A stretch of 63,961 nucleotides of DNA, the filler included, from Stramenopiles sp. TOSAG23-2 (taxonomy: Eukaryota): assembly GCA_900128395.1 (NCBI GenBank). It is 3 parts of 3 records of this genome, joined end to end, with 100 filler letters (N's around TTAATTAATTAA, not from the genome) between each part and the next. Parts side by side here need not be neighbours in the genome. Positions count along the whole stretch, not along the records: positions 1 to 22,227 come from LT649517.1; positions 22,328 to 44,551 come from LT649518.1; 1 more part is not named here. One strand, given 5' to 3'. Below the pieces are notes generated by a model. That model made no database searches, was not told where the DNA came from, and saw nothing but the letters and a program-made list of their open reading frames with translations. The first letter of the stretch is position 1; the number at the start of each line of letters is the position of its first letter. The translations under genes were made by a program, and so were the position numbers. Below, in pieces: positions 9,985-22,335 of the stretch.

Positions 9985-12900
9985 TCTTTTCCTCGTCTTC
10001 CCCTGTTGCATAAAACGTATATGCCGCTTCAGCAGCTTTGTTGACCTGATCTTTATGACCACTAGAGCTTCTTTTTCTATCCGCAAGTCTACGTTTTAAA
10101 TTTTCACGCTGTCGATCTTTCTCCCGTATTAAACGATCTTTTAAAGTTGCGACTTCACTAGTTACATGTGTATTAATCATAGAAAGTTGGTTTTGTTGAG
10201 AAATTTCATTGTCGTTCGTGTTTAATGTTCCTTTCTTATTATCATCTTCTTCAAGCTTTCGTTTCAATATTTCTCGTTGTCGTCTTCGTTCTGCTTGCAA
10301 TTTGACTTTTAATACTTCGACATCACCTTCATGACTTTCTCTTAAATCTCGTATTGTTGATGCGGTTGAATCTTCTGAGTCACTTCCATGCAACGGTGTT
10401 TTAGAAAATTTCTCTCTCATCTCATCCAACGCTTTTGCTTTTATTGTTCGTATCCTCATCTCGGCATCTTTTTTATGCAATGGCGGTAATTCAGCAACCC
10501 GTCGTTGCTTCATGTACAATGGGTCGATTACCATTTCACCCTCTTCATCATGCATCGTATCTTTACTATCCTCGTCATCATATAATGGTGTAATTTCAAT
10601 CTCCGTTTTTGGAATTTGACCACCATCGGTTATACTACCAGTTATTCCAGGTGTTAATGGCATCGGATTGTTGTTTCCATCAGCAGTTGAAATCATTGAT
10701 CCATCTTGTGGCGTATAGACAGGGCCGTATAATGGCGTAGTAGGACCAGTTGAAATATCATCATTATAAGTCAAATTTGGTGGATTGTCATATCCAGGTG
10801 TCAATGGTGATTGGTAAATATGCGACCCAGGACCATAATTAGGTGTTATTGGGCCCATGTATCCGGGCGTTGTTGGCCCATACATAGTTTTAACAAGTGA
10901 TGATTGTAATCCTGGCTCTTCCTCTTGTGGTGTTTCTGGCACAGATTCCCCTCGCTGCTCCCATAATTCTTGTAAAGGCGTTCCGATTTCTTTATAACGT
11001 TCTTCATCATCCATAATTATTTCATTATTGTCATCTTCATGTTGTTGTTGTTGATGATGATGATGATGATGATGATTCATCTGATCTTCCTCGTTATCAT
11101 ATTGCCCATCGTTTTCAATATGGCCTATGTATTCATCGTTCATATTATTTCCATCGTCCTTTTCTGGTGAGTTCATTGCTATTGGATATTGATCATCTGG
11201 AATATACATTAATGATTTTCCAATATCTTGGTCTTCATTTTCATTTTGATAATTATTGTTGCTGTTATTATTATTCATCTTATGCTCGTGTGCTTGGCGA
11301 TCTATATCTACGTGGTGCATATTATTATTATCATCATCATTACCTCTACCACCTCCGATATTATGCCGTACCCCAGTATTGTCGATAGAAAGTAGATTGA
11401 TATTAGTAGTAGAATCTTTATTATTAGCAATTCGTTTCCGGCGTTTGTCTTTTTTAAGTTTCAATTCATGCCTCAACACAGATGATTCTTCAGCAGCTTC
11501 AGAGCCTATATTAATAAATGCAGTGAGTGATTTTCGCAAATGACGTTTTCGTTCCAACGATTGTGTTCTTACATCCATATGCCTGCCAATTAAAAAATTT
11601 GCAACAGCACCATCGTATGAATCTTTTCCAACCGCACGGTCAGCTTCTACAGCTGCTTGCTTCCATTTCCTATGTGCTAAAACAACACTACCAGCCACCC
11701 AATGAGAAACCCCTTCGAAGATTAAATATCGTGATATACCAACACCAAACCATTGCAAAAATTCTTTAACTAGTCTTGTAACATCAGCTGTTACTGTTTC
11801 TGAGGACCATGGAATACCAGGATCAACATCTGCACCTTTGCAGAATCCCAATGTGTTTTTTTCCCCTTTTTTATTACGCATTGAAAATGGGCCAAATAAA
11901 CTTGCAAAAACATTTGCGCAGCATACAAAATTCTCTAATAAAATAGTAACTTTATTGTTGGAACCATTGTTTTCATTTAAAATATCATCAATACCACTAC
12001 TCGTGAAGTTTTTTGCTAAACCATTTGCACCATCGGCGGAATAGACACGCAATAGACCTCGAATATCTGCCAATTGGCCCAAGACAAGGACACAGACAAC
12101 TTTTCTCAACGAGGCGTCATGGCGCAATTCATCTGGTAGAATCGAAGTTAAGAAGGACGATGGCTTAAGTATTTTTCGCTTCGTTTTTCCACCATTTGCT
12201 TTTGTTTTTTTAAATGGAACAAATTTAGTCGCCGGTTTCGGTGGATAACGTCGTTTTTTCTTTTTAAATTTGTCACTGAAAGGGTTCTTACTTTTCCGCA
12301 TTCGTCTATTTTTCTTCTTTCGCCGCTTCTTATTATACGCAGGCTCCCCAAAAGGAAGATTTCTATCTTGTGCTGGGGATGAAGCATCAAATTCACCACT
12401 TGCTGAGTTCCATGGAACTTTTTTCGGTGATCTTTTAATATTTTTTGCATCTTCTAAACGAAACTCGCGTGCACCAGCACCTCTCGCTTCCAACAAAGGG
12501 ATTATTTTGTCATACCTAGATTCAATCGTAGTTGTTACTTGAGATCCAAATGTAGATGGTTCTTTTTCTTTCACAATGCGCTTTCTTATTTTTTTCTTTT
12601 TCTTTTTATTCCCATCAATATTTGTACCGTCTTTCGTCTTCGTATTTAATATTGGGTATGATTTTTCGCGTTGTCGTAGAAGACTAGCTCTAGTTGGAGA
12701 TAAATAATCTTCCGCCAGTTTCCCAGAATTTGTTACTGGTATCAACGGGACACTTTGTGATGATTGAAATGTTGTACTTATCTTACCCTGTGATGTTAAG
12801 TTGCCTAAATATGGTTGATCTTCGTCATCGTCTGCATCATTATAGCCACCACTTATAAGCGGCTCCTCTTCATCATCATCGTCCTTATCAACATTGCGAG

Positions 12901-15800
12901 GCAATGTTGGCGGTGCAAGGCCTTCAACTAATGTCCATCCTTTCCTTCTTGTCCCAACCGTAACTGGGGGTGGTATTGTTGGCGCCTTGCGCATAAATGA
13001 ATCAAATGATCGTGGATTAGCAATTAATGGTTCATCATCATCATCTGATGAGGAAATATCACCGCCAAACATATTACGAGGTGGTAAATCAGATGCTTCC
13101 CACGCAGTAGAAGGCCCTGAGACGTATTGATTAAACATTCCATTAGGAGGCAATTGACCTCTTACATGTTGTTTTCTATTTAATTTTTTAGCCTTTTGCT
13201 TTACAAAATCTGCATTTCGCATTGAAGGGGCATCCGTTGGCACCCCGACTGATCGAGCCTTGGTATATGCCTTGTTTAATTCTTCCACTTTTTCTTTAGA
13301 TACCCCTAATCCACGAGCAACATTAGTTTCTATATCCATACAAACTTTATTCAAAATATTTTGATGTTCTTCTCTTTTTTCACGTTTACGGACCATTTGA
13401 CGGTGGCGTTCAACAGCAGATATTGGTTGTGGCAACCTTTTGTCTAATTTCACACCGTCCACAATAGCTTTCATTTGTTGCTCTAGTCTCGATTCGTCCA
13501 ATGGACGAATTACCACAGCATTAACTGGCGCTTGGCCTTTCACGACTTTTCCACGGTCATCTACTACGCAACCTGCATCTTTCAATCTCCCAATATCACG
13601 TTTACGTAATTGCAATCGATTGTACACTAAATAACACTCCCGGCATACCGTTATTTGAGAATACTTTAAACTGGCTGGAACGTTGGTATTTTGCCTTAAG
13701 GAGTTGATAAAATAGGGCATACCTGGCAAATTATTGAATTCTCGTGACTGATCCATTTCCTCCCTATCCAAATCACGCATTATATCATTGTATTTATTAA
13801 ATTCCTCCGTTTCCATTTCTTTTCGTAATTTTCGGCGTTCATCCACTTCGTTTTCATAACGTTGAATGACAAATCGTTGACTATATGAATATGTATTTGG
13901 ATTATTGGTATCTGATATTTTCAATCTCCACATATTGCCACGAACATGTGCCTTTAATCCATTATATATATTTTTTGGAATATCAAACGTATAGGTGCCA
14001 TCATTTTTAGTTGACATGACAACATCAAAGACTTTATCAAAACCAGCAAATAATTGAATTTTTGTACATGGAACGACACCGGCCCATTCCCATAAGCATC
14101 GCACAGTTCGCCCAACTGTATATTTTGATGTACGACTTGGAGCTGTTACATACAGCCAAGGGCCATCGCCGCGACGTTTTTGAGACCTATCTGTTAAATA
14201 CCATTTCGCCAAATTGTCTGACATGTATTGCATGTCTACTCTGGCATTCGCAATAAGACGAAACGCTAATGGGTATGTACTTTGTTTATCATTTTTTGAC
14301 AATGATTTAAATCTAGACTTTGTGTTACTCTTTTTTTCCCGCCTTCTTGTTGAAGCGGTTGACGATGCTGTAGAACCTGTGGATGATGGCCTTTGCGTTT
14401 GTGGGCTTGCTTGTCTCAAGTTTCGTTTCATTTGAGATGTTTCAAGATTTTCTTGTACCTCAGCAACCAATGCTATTTTATGTTTTTCTCTTAATTCTTG
14501 AACTTGTTTATTTGTTTTATTAAATTCTTTCTTCATAGCACTGTCTCTTGTCCACCGTACATATTTTTGTTTCTTTTGAGGTGACGATGAACGTGGCCGT
14601 GGCATCATTTCCTCTTCATCTTCATCGTCGCTTTTAACATTTTTATCTCTATACCCACAAAAATCACCATGACATTGTTTTCGGTGAACTTTGACAATAT
14701 TATCATTTCTATTGAATACATTTTTTTTTCTTTCTTCTCTTACGTCTTTTACTTTCAAAAATATTTTGTTGATCATCTGTGTGTAATTCATGATCACGCG
14801 TGTGAAATTGCAATGCTCGATTATTCGTAGTTGCTAATCGTCTCCCTGCCTCTGCATTTGCCTTATGTCCAAGTATGTTATCTGGCTTGTTTTCATAATT
14901 AACTCTAATCCGCCGTGGCAATGTGGGTGGTGAATTTGCATGCCTTTTGCCATTGCTATATACTTGTTTGTCTGGATCATTGTATATATTTACTTCCAGT
15001 GCTTTGATAAATACTGGTTTTCCATCAGTATTTATGCTATACTCTCCTGTAAATTTAGTTACGACTACTTTTCGTCGATGTTGTATCGCTTGTATTATTC
15101 TATGCGTCATTTCATCCAATGAATTATTAAAAGTTCGATTCATATTCAACACACGTTTTAAACTTTGCTGAACGTTTGATAAGATAATATTTGAATTTGT
15201 TTTCGTATTCACAGGTTCCATTACATTTTCCATAATTCTACGAATTCTATACGTTGATGTAGATACGACACCCCTAACATTGGATGGGTTTGGTGCTTGG
15301 TATGTATTATGGTACAGCAACTCATCGCCGGTTCGAGAGATGGTTTTAAATTGTATTAAGGATGTGCTATATCGTTGGGATGCAGTATGACTACTACATA
15401 TTTTATTCAAAAGTTGTAAATCAATTTCTGTTTCTTCAGACTTGTTATTATTTTTATTACCTTTACTACTATTATCGTCTTGGCTACCTTTTCCGTACAA
15501 TGTTGCTACAGTTGATGATAAATCAGTTGCTCGTGCCATTGCCATCTGTTGTTTACCATGCAAACTTTGAAAACGTTGTAATAATAACTCATAGGTAGAT
15601 TTTTTTGAAGTACGTTTTAATATTGTACCTATTTTAGACGTAAATAACCACATTTTAATATGACCACGTTCATCTAACCTTACCGTTTCTGCAATATCGA
15701 TTTTTAACTTTGCCTTTGATTTAGGTTTCCATAATGTATCCCATACCCACACATTATTTTTTTTTATCTCACTTTCATGTGTTGAATTACCCACAAACAT
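9347..15800 (-). CDS. Large (~2150 aa) low-complexity protein with C-terminal ankyrin repeats, split by a 1-nt frameshift near 14721-14729
   Basis: ORFs 14709-15800 and 9347-14797 overlap at an A9 run. GDTLLIEAA and GNTALHY ankyrin motifs lie at the C-terminus, with internal CHGDFC and VCRECY motifs and TPGY-like repeats. Confidence 0.75.
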
Positions 15801-16974
15801 AATTTGGTATTTTTTTTTATATTATTCTATAAGTATATAGTGAATGAAAAATGTTTTGTTTGAATACACTATGAATTACGCTTAAAATACATACATAACT
15901 ATATATAAATGGTGATATATATATCTAAAAAAAAGCTGTATTGGATTTTGTAAGACTATATGTAAAATGTTTTATGTTTACTCTTGATCTATATTAAGCA
16001 CTTTAACAATCTTATTACTGGTGATCTTTACAATTTGTGTAGAAGTTATCTTGAGTAGAAACAAAAATTTCATAATAAGATAGTTTTATTATCAAATATA
16101 TATAGTTGCCGTTATTATATATAATATCTTCTTCTTGCTTCTTTGTGCCTTTTTTTGTTGTTGTGCTACTTAATGAAAATTATATTATTGATTGAAAAAA
16201 ATGGTCCATCAATTAATCATCCTATTGTCACAACAATGTGTAATCAAGTCCTTAATATGTAAGACAGCATTATGTATAACTATTGATAATTACTAATAAA
16301 ACTTTCTTTTCAAGATTAACTAGTTTATTTATACAATAGTGTACCTTGATAAACCACAGTCTTTTTTTTTTCGTAACAAGCATTGATAGGAAAGTTATGT
16401 TTTTATTACTATTAAATGTAATATTCTAAAAAGTATAAAATATAATTTACCTAATACACTTATAAAATTTTCTAAAAACAAAAGAGGAGTTATTTCAGTT
16501 TTCAGTTTCTTTTCTGCCTTTTGCCTTTTGCCCTTTGGTATAGGCATAGTAGAATAAGGCGTATCGTCCTCTCTGGGCATATAGGTCGGTTTTTTTATTT
16601 TGGTTTTCGTTTGGTATTATATTAACCAAGGCGTGTAGGGGTAAAGCAAATGTTCTTATTATAAAATTCAATAGTATATGATTAATATTTAATAATATAT
16701 GTTTCCCTGCTAGACTGTGTTACCCGTATCGTCGTACTGACAACTCTTCACTCTTTTTGTTATACCTATAATAATACCTGAATTTAAGCATATATTGTTC
16801 CAAAAAAAAAATACTGTTGGAACAATCAAAAATCATACCAAATATTTCTTTGCATTTAAAAAGCATTGTATTGTGCCGTTGATACACTTATATATAAATA
16901 GAGAAATAATTTATATCGCAAAAAGCTTAATCATAATATACTATATTTAGTAATAATAGGTAATATAATATAAA

Positions 16975-18204
16975 ATGGCATCGACAATTGGCTCTATAAA
17001 TAGTTTACCAGTATTACCAGATGAGCCAAGCCTAGACTTAGGCCCATTAAAACGGCGCATGGAAAAAATGGCAGCTGGAAAGCCATTATGGAAACGTGAT
17101 CAAGAAAACATATTGTATGCTACTAATCGTATTTCTAATGTTCCTTCATACGTACCAAGGTTTTCACATGTTGAACAAAGTCATAAATATGATGGTTATG
17201 TAATACCTACAGAGTCACAAATTGAAGCAACTTTAAGTCCACGAGATAAGTTTTTTAAAAGATTGGCTAAACCACCAGCATATAGAACACGTAAAAAAGC
17301 AATGAATGCCGATCATCGAATCATCCATATTAAAAATTACTCTCCGCGATTATGTTATTCCACACCAAGGGGAATGTCAGATGCAAAACAAAACCCATTA
17401 AAATCAGGGGGAATGGGAGATCTGGAAAAAATTGAAAAAGAAAGAATGGGATATAATATGATTGCAAAAGCAAAACATGTGCTTAAATTTAGAATACAAC
17501 GAAGGAAATCACTAGAAGAAGCAGCAGCAAGAAATGAACCATTTGCAATAAAACGATTAAATTCTTATCGCCCAAAACCACCATCGCAACGACAACGACC
17601 ACCATCAAATAGTAGTAATGTACAACCATATACAAACACTAATAATAATAATAATAATAATAATAGTCACAGAAATCGAAAAAGGTCAACTCAATCCGCT
17701 AGAAGAAAAAATAAAAAAAAGATAGAACCATGGAATGCAGATTCTGAATGGGTAAAATATGTACCAACTGGTGAGCAACCGGAGGATAAATATGTAAATA
17801 CTGAATGTGGACGATTTGAGAATTATGTCGATGATAATAAAAATCAATTTTCACCACGAGATTATGACGCAACTCAGCAAGAAGAAAAATATGCCACTAA
17901 TTTACTGAAAGAATGTGATGATCGTCATATTAAACGTATATTTAAAAATTATAAACCTGAATTTAAAGAATCTGATTATCGTCCAACATATTTAATCAAA
18001 TTAGCAAGCGATACTTATGCAAAACGGTTAGTGGCTGGTAGAGTGGATAGTAAACCTGTTGAAGTGTCATGGAAAATCGTTACGGAATTAGATGTACTTC
18101 GTCATATGAATAAAAAGGCACATTTTAAACAAGTGTATCAAAAATCTGCTGCACTTAATTTTTTACAAAAGGAAGCTGAGGCTCAACAATTTGATGATTA
18201 TTAG
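16975..18204 (+). CDS. Hypothetical basic protein
   Basis: 409-codon ORF with ATG in an A-rich context and host-like codon use. No recognisable domain. Confidence 0.7.
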   Translation: MASTIGSINSLPVLPDEPSLDLGPLKRRMEKMAAGKPLWKRDQENILYATNRISNVPSYVPRFSHVEQSHKYDGYVIPTESQIEATLSPRDKFFKRLAKPPAYRTRKKAMNADHRIIHIKNYSPRLCYSTPRGMSDAKQNPLKSGGMGDLEKIEKERMGYNMIAKAKHVLKFRIQRRKSLEEAAARNEPFAIKRLNSYRPKPPSQRQRPPSNSSNVQPYTNTNNNNNNNNSHRNRKRSTQSARRKNKKKIEPWNADSEWVKYVPTGEQPEDKYVNTECGRFENYVDDNKNQFSPRDYDATQQEEKYATNLLKECDDRHIKRIFKNYKPEFKESDYRPTYLIKLASDTYAKRLVAGRVDSKPVEVSWKIVTELDVLRHMNKKAHFKQVYQKSAALNFLQKEAEAQQFDDY

Positions 18205-18813
18205 AAAATAATTTTTAGAGAGATTCAAGTATTTTGTGTGTTAAAATTGTTGTTGAACATTTTTTATGACATGAATTCATACGAAGCGTTCGTAAATTTT
18301 ATAATACGAAGGACGGAGGTTCGTATTTTTTTACAAAATCCTCAAGTCGTAGTCGTGTGTTTTGTGTTTATTTATACTCTTCTTCTAAAGTAAAAGGCAG
18401 CACAGACTGACCCACCGACGAACCGTAATACACAATACCATTCTACCACTACTTTGATGATGGGAGGAAAAGTCCTTAAAGAGGGTAAAAAAATTCGTAA
18501 ATTCATTTAAATTCATCTTCTACTACTTCATCTAACGGGAGCAACGATGGCACAAGAATAAATTGGTTGATACTTTACATTTCATCACATATGTACATAC
18601 TCATTGATTCATAAAATGTATATGTATATATGAACAATATTGTGAAACAAAACAAAAAGAACAAAACGAAAAAGCAAAAAAATCAATTTTTATTTGAAAA
18701 TTTTAAAATTAAGAAATTCATTCAGAATTTTTATTATTATTTTTTAAGATTTAGCTGTAAAAAATTAAAATATAAAATTAGTGACAACAAATCCATTACA
18801 TATTGCAAGTATC

Positions 18814-19359
18814 ATGTATAATAGTGATGCAAACAGAACAGTTGATAATAATAAAGGAGAAGAGAAGGAACAAAGCTTACCAACAACAACAACAACAACA
18901 ACAACAAAAAGAAAACGACGTACTAATACAACAAACATTAATAAAAGACAATATCGACGAATGGAAATACGAGTAAATAAATTTAAAACTCATTCCCGTG
19001 AAATAAAACGTAAACATGATAATTTACAAAAAAGATATACAACATTGAAAACAAAATATGGCAATCAACAAAAATCAAGTGGTACTAAAAAATATACGCA
19101 ATTGCAAAAAAGATTTGATTTATTGAAAAAAAAATACGAACGAACACAAATTAGTAAAAAGAAATACAATAATTTAGAAAAGAGATTTGATTTATTAAAA
19201 AGTAAATATGAACAATCACAGAAATTAAAAAGAAAATACAATCGTTTGCTTGAACGGTTCAATAATAATTTAAAAAAGAATAACAAAAGGAATAGCAAAG
19301 AAGGGCAGAATGGTAGTGGTAGCAGTAGTAATAGTAGTAATAATAAGCTGGGAGATTGA
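18814..19359 (+). CDS. Lys-rich coiled-coil protein with ~22-aa repeats
   Basis: Repeats KKYTQLQKRFDLLKKKYE / KKYNNLEKRFDLLKSKYE / RKYNRLLERF. The first in-frame ATG is at 18814. Confidence 0.6.
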   Translation: MYNSDANRTVDNNKGEEKEQSLPTTTTTTTTKRKRRTNTTNINKRQYRRMEIRVNKFKTHSREIKRKHDNLQKRYTTLKTKYGNQQKSSGTKKYTQLQKRFDLLKKKYERTQISKKKYNNLEKRFDLLKSKYEQSQKLKRKYNRLLERFNNNLKKNNKRNSKEGQNGSGSSSNSSNNKLGD

Positions 19360-19625
19360 TGGCATGTATTTCTATATTAATTTGTTTTTCTTCCAACCAC
19401 AGGTACATTATGTACATATATATGATATTATGTGTAATTTTATTTTTAACTTTTCCTTCTTGTATACCCCTTGTGTATCATCCCTCCTCTCTGAGTTTCT
19501 AAATCTACTGTAGTTCTTTTTATAATTACGGTACCTCTTACCACAACTTCTCGTCGTATCCTTCACACTTCACACATCACACATACCCCGTGTATAATAC
19601 TATTATATACGAAAATTATTTTCTT

Positions 19626-21033
19626 TTACCAACCACTACTACTGTCATTTGCGAAATTGATATTTTTTCTTAACGCTGACATGGCAGCAGATGTACCACC
19701 ACGGCTTCTTAAACCACTTTTACTAGATGTGGATAAACCTGATTCACTACTAGCATCACCATCTATCAAGTCGGTGTTAGATTTCTTTCCTTTTTTATTA
19801 GTAGTTTTTTTCTTTTTTTTATTTGCTTTGATAGGATTGATCAATACATCATATTCATCTAGATATTCAATGAAATCAAACGTTTCATCTTTCGCAACTA
19901 CATAATTTCTAGATATAATTTGTTCATCCGTGGTATTATGGCTAGTGTTGTTGTTATTATTGAATTTTTCTGCTGCAGCACGTTCAACATGGCCTTCTTC
20001 ATGAACATTAATAGCAGAAATGGTAATATTAAATTGTTTAATAATTTCCGATTTTGGAGCTTGATTCATTTTTTCCATATCTCCACCACTAAATGTTAAA
20101 CATGCAACTGATAATATAACAGCCAATGCTTAATAATTTCCGATTTTGGAGCTTGATTCATTTTTTCCATATCTCCACCACTAAATGTTAAACATGCAAC
20201 TGATAATATAACAGCCAATGCAGACACTCTATTTTCATCTAGGGAACTATATAATTTCATTAAAGGCCATTTCCCACGATTATCTAATTCTTTAAATACC
20301 TCTGCAGTAGTGACACGTCGTTTCTTTTTGATATTTTGTCTTTTTTTCTTTCTCTTCATGCCATCACCACGATCAAAATCATCATCATCATCATCGTCGT
20401 ACATGCTACTATTATTATTACTCATTGAAAAATCAAATAATTTTTTAATATCATTAATATTAAAACCTTCCTCTTCTTCTAACTTTTCTTTTGCATGTTT
20501 AACATGCCAAAGTCGATATAAATGTATCAAGTATTCAATAAATATACGAAGAATTCTACTTGGTATTTTGTATACATGAAAATCACGATGTAATTTTTCC
20601 AATGGTGTTTGATTTAATAATTTTTCCTTTTCCACTTTTTCCTCTTTCGTCAATCGTTTAAACCTTGGAAATTTTCTACCAGCTATTTCTCCCAATACTT
20701 TTTGTTGAAAATCACGATGTAATTTTTCCAATGGTGTTTGATTTAATAATTTTTCCTTTTCCACTTTTTCCTCTTTCGTCAATCGTTTAAACCTTGGAAA
20801 TTTTCTACCAGCTATTTCTCCCAATACTTTTTGTAACTCTTCTTTTTTTTGTTTATTCAATTCTTTTGAAAATTTAGATATAACTGGTGATGAAATAAGT
20901 CTTTGAAATCCTCAATGGATTCCACACCGAAATCATCCATTTTTTCACATAACATATTCAATATTTCATCTTTGGACGTAACATTTTCTTTTAAACAATC
21001 TCGTACAATATTTTCCGTCGTTAAACTTGCCAT
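19626..21033 (-). CDS. Hypothetical protein broken by two tandem duplications and a 1-nt frameshift (likely assembly errors)
   Basis: ATG at 21033 reads MASLTTENIVRDCLKE...EDFKDL, then the frame shifts near 20890 into SSPVISKFSKELNKQ. Duplications of 129 bp and 92 bp explain the two overlapping ORFs in the track. Confidence 0.6.
20038..20221. repeat. Exact tandem duplication, 92-bp unit (frameshifting)
   Basis: TTAATAATTTCCGATTTTGGAGC... occurs at 20038 and 20130. Confidence 0.92.
20577..20834. repeat. Exact tandem duplication, 129-bp unit (in frame)
   Basis: TGAAAATCACGATGTAA... occurs at 20577 and 20706. Confidence 0.92.
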
Positions 21034-21053
21034 TTTTTTTTTCGCTGTAAATT

Positions 21054-21262
21054 TTTCTTGTTGTGGTTGTTCGTTTTTTTTCTATACTTATACACTTTTG
21101 TGAAAAATAAAAAAAAAAATTATACTTGTTAGTTTCTGATTTTTTGATTCTTACACTTTCTTGTTGTGGTTGTTCGTTTTTTTTCTATACTTATACACTT
21201 TTGTGAAAAATAAAAAAAAAAATTATACTTGTTAGTTTCTGATTTTTTGATTCTTACACTTT
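21054..21262. repeat. Exact tandem duplication, 103-bp unit
   Basis: TTTCTTGTTGTGGTTGTTCG... occurs twice. Confidence 0.9.
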
Positions 21263-21639
21263 TGTAAAAAAAAATAAAAAAAAATACTTTTGTTGCTGTT
21301 TTCTGTTTTGTTTTTTCGTGATTCTTACGGTTTTGTTACTTAAATTTGTTGTTTTGTTTGTTGTTTTGTTGTTTCTCTCTTTCAATTATGTTTGTCATCG
21401 ACACATGATGGATCGCCACATTACAAAAGTGTGTTCACATTCCCCCACCTTCTTTTTATTTTATAGTTTGAGATGATCCTTCCTCCTTTCGATTTGGATA
21501 TCCTGACCAACATGGCGTTCGGATCAAAGGTAATGCTATTCGTACGCTAAATGTAGAATTTCTGGGGAACAAAACGTGTTGGTTGACGTATTAGTATATG
21601 TACATATAAGTTATAATTCCTATCAATATGATATATATG

Positions 21640-21781
21640 GATATTTCTATCATATATTTTTAATATTTTCATTTGTTTTTTGGAATTTCGGATATAGCTT
21701 AATTATAATCGATATTTCTATCATATATTTTTAATATTTTCATTTGTTTTTTGGAATTTCGGATATAGCTTAATTATAATC
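21640..21781. repeat. Exact tandem duplication, 71-bp unit
   Basis: GATATTTCTATCATATA... occurs at 21640 and 21711. Confidence 0.9.
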
Positions 21782-21872
21782 TAGGGAATATGAAAATAAG
21801 GAGTATGATGTACTTGTTTGCTTTTTTGTATACTAAAGAGAGATATTATACCTATAACAATTTATATATATT

Positions 21873-22226
21873 TTATATTTTATCTGTACAAAATTGGATT
21901 CTTCCATCGAAATATGCATCGTATTGTCCATTATGTGATTTAGTGTATATAGGTTTTGCTTTTTGATAATATTCCAATGCAGCTTTATAATTGTGAAGGT
22001 TTTCTTCGTTTAAATTACCTAAATTCATATATGTTTGTGCAACACTAGTATGATCTTTACCTAATTTATTTATACGAATATCTAATGATTTATTATAATA
22101 TTCTAATGCTTCATCATATTTATTTTGTGATTTATAAACATTTGCTATATTATTATATGATGCTGCAACATCAGTATGATCTTTACCTAATTTATTTATA
22201 TAAATATCTAATGATTTATTATAATA
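21873..22226 (-). CDS. 3' end of a second 42-aa TPR repeat protein, 5'-truncated at the contig end
   Basis: Manual translation: YYNKSLDIYINKLGKDHTDVAASYNNIANVYKSQNKYDEALEYYNKSLDIRINKLGKDHTSVAQTYMNLG...KAALEYYQKA...TDKI*. Shows a 126-bp periodicity and is nearly identical to 2-110. Confidence 0.9.
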   Translation of the reverse strand, partial: YYNKSLDIYINKLGKDHTDVAASYNNIANVYKSQNKYDEALEYYNKSLDIRINKLGKDHTSVAQTYMNLGNLNEENLHNYKAALEYYQKAKPIYTKSHNGQYDAYFDGRIQFCTDKI

Positions 22227-22227
22227 T

Positions 22228-22327
22228 NNNNNNNNNNNNNNNNNNNNNNNNNNNNNNNNNNNNNNNNNNNNTTAATTAATTAANNNNNNNNNNNNNNNNN
22301 NNNNNNNNNNNNNNNNNNNNNNNNNNN
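22228..22327. other. Artificial contig linker (44 N + TTAATTAATTAA + 44 N)
   Basis: N runs flank a six-frame stop cassette. Confidence 0.99.
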
Positions 22328-22335
22328 AGGTAGCA

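Noticed and set aside
16395-16580. Short minus-strand ORF MPREDDTPY...
   Set aside because: No recognisable homology and no consistent downstream exons could be built.
2-22227. Contig 1 as a large transposon with terminal inverted repeats
   Set aside because: The inverted similarity is coding TPR repeat sequence. The interior is housekeeping genes with no transposase.
22228-22327. TTAATTAATTAA palindrome within N runs (also 44552-44651)
   Set aside because: Synthetic six-frame-stop linker. Synteny across it is meaningless.
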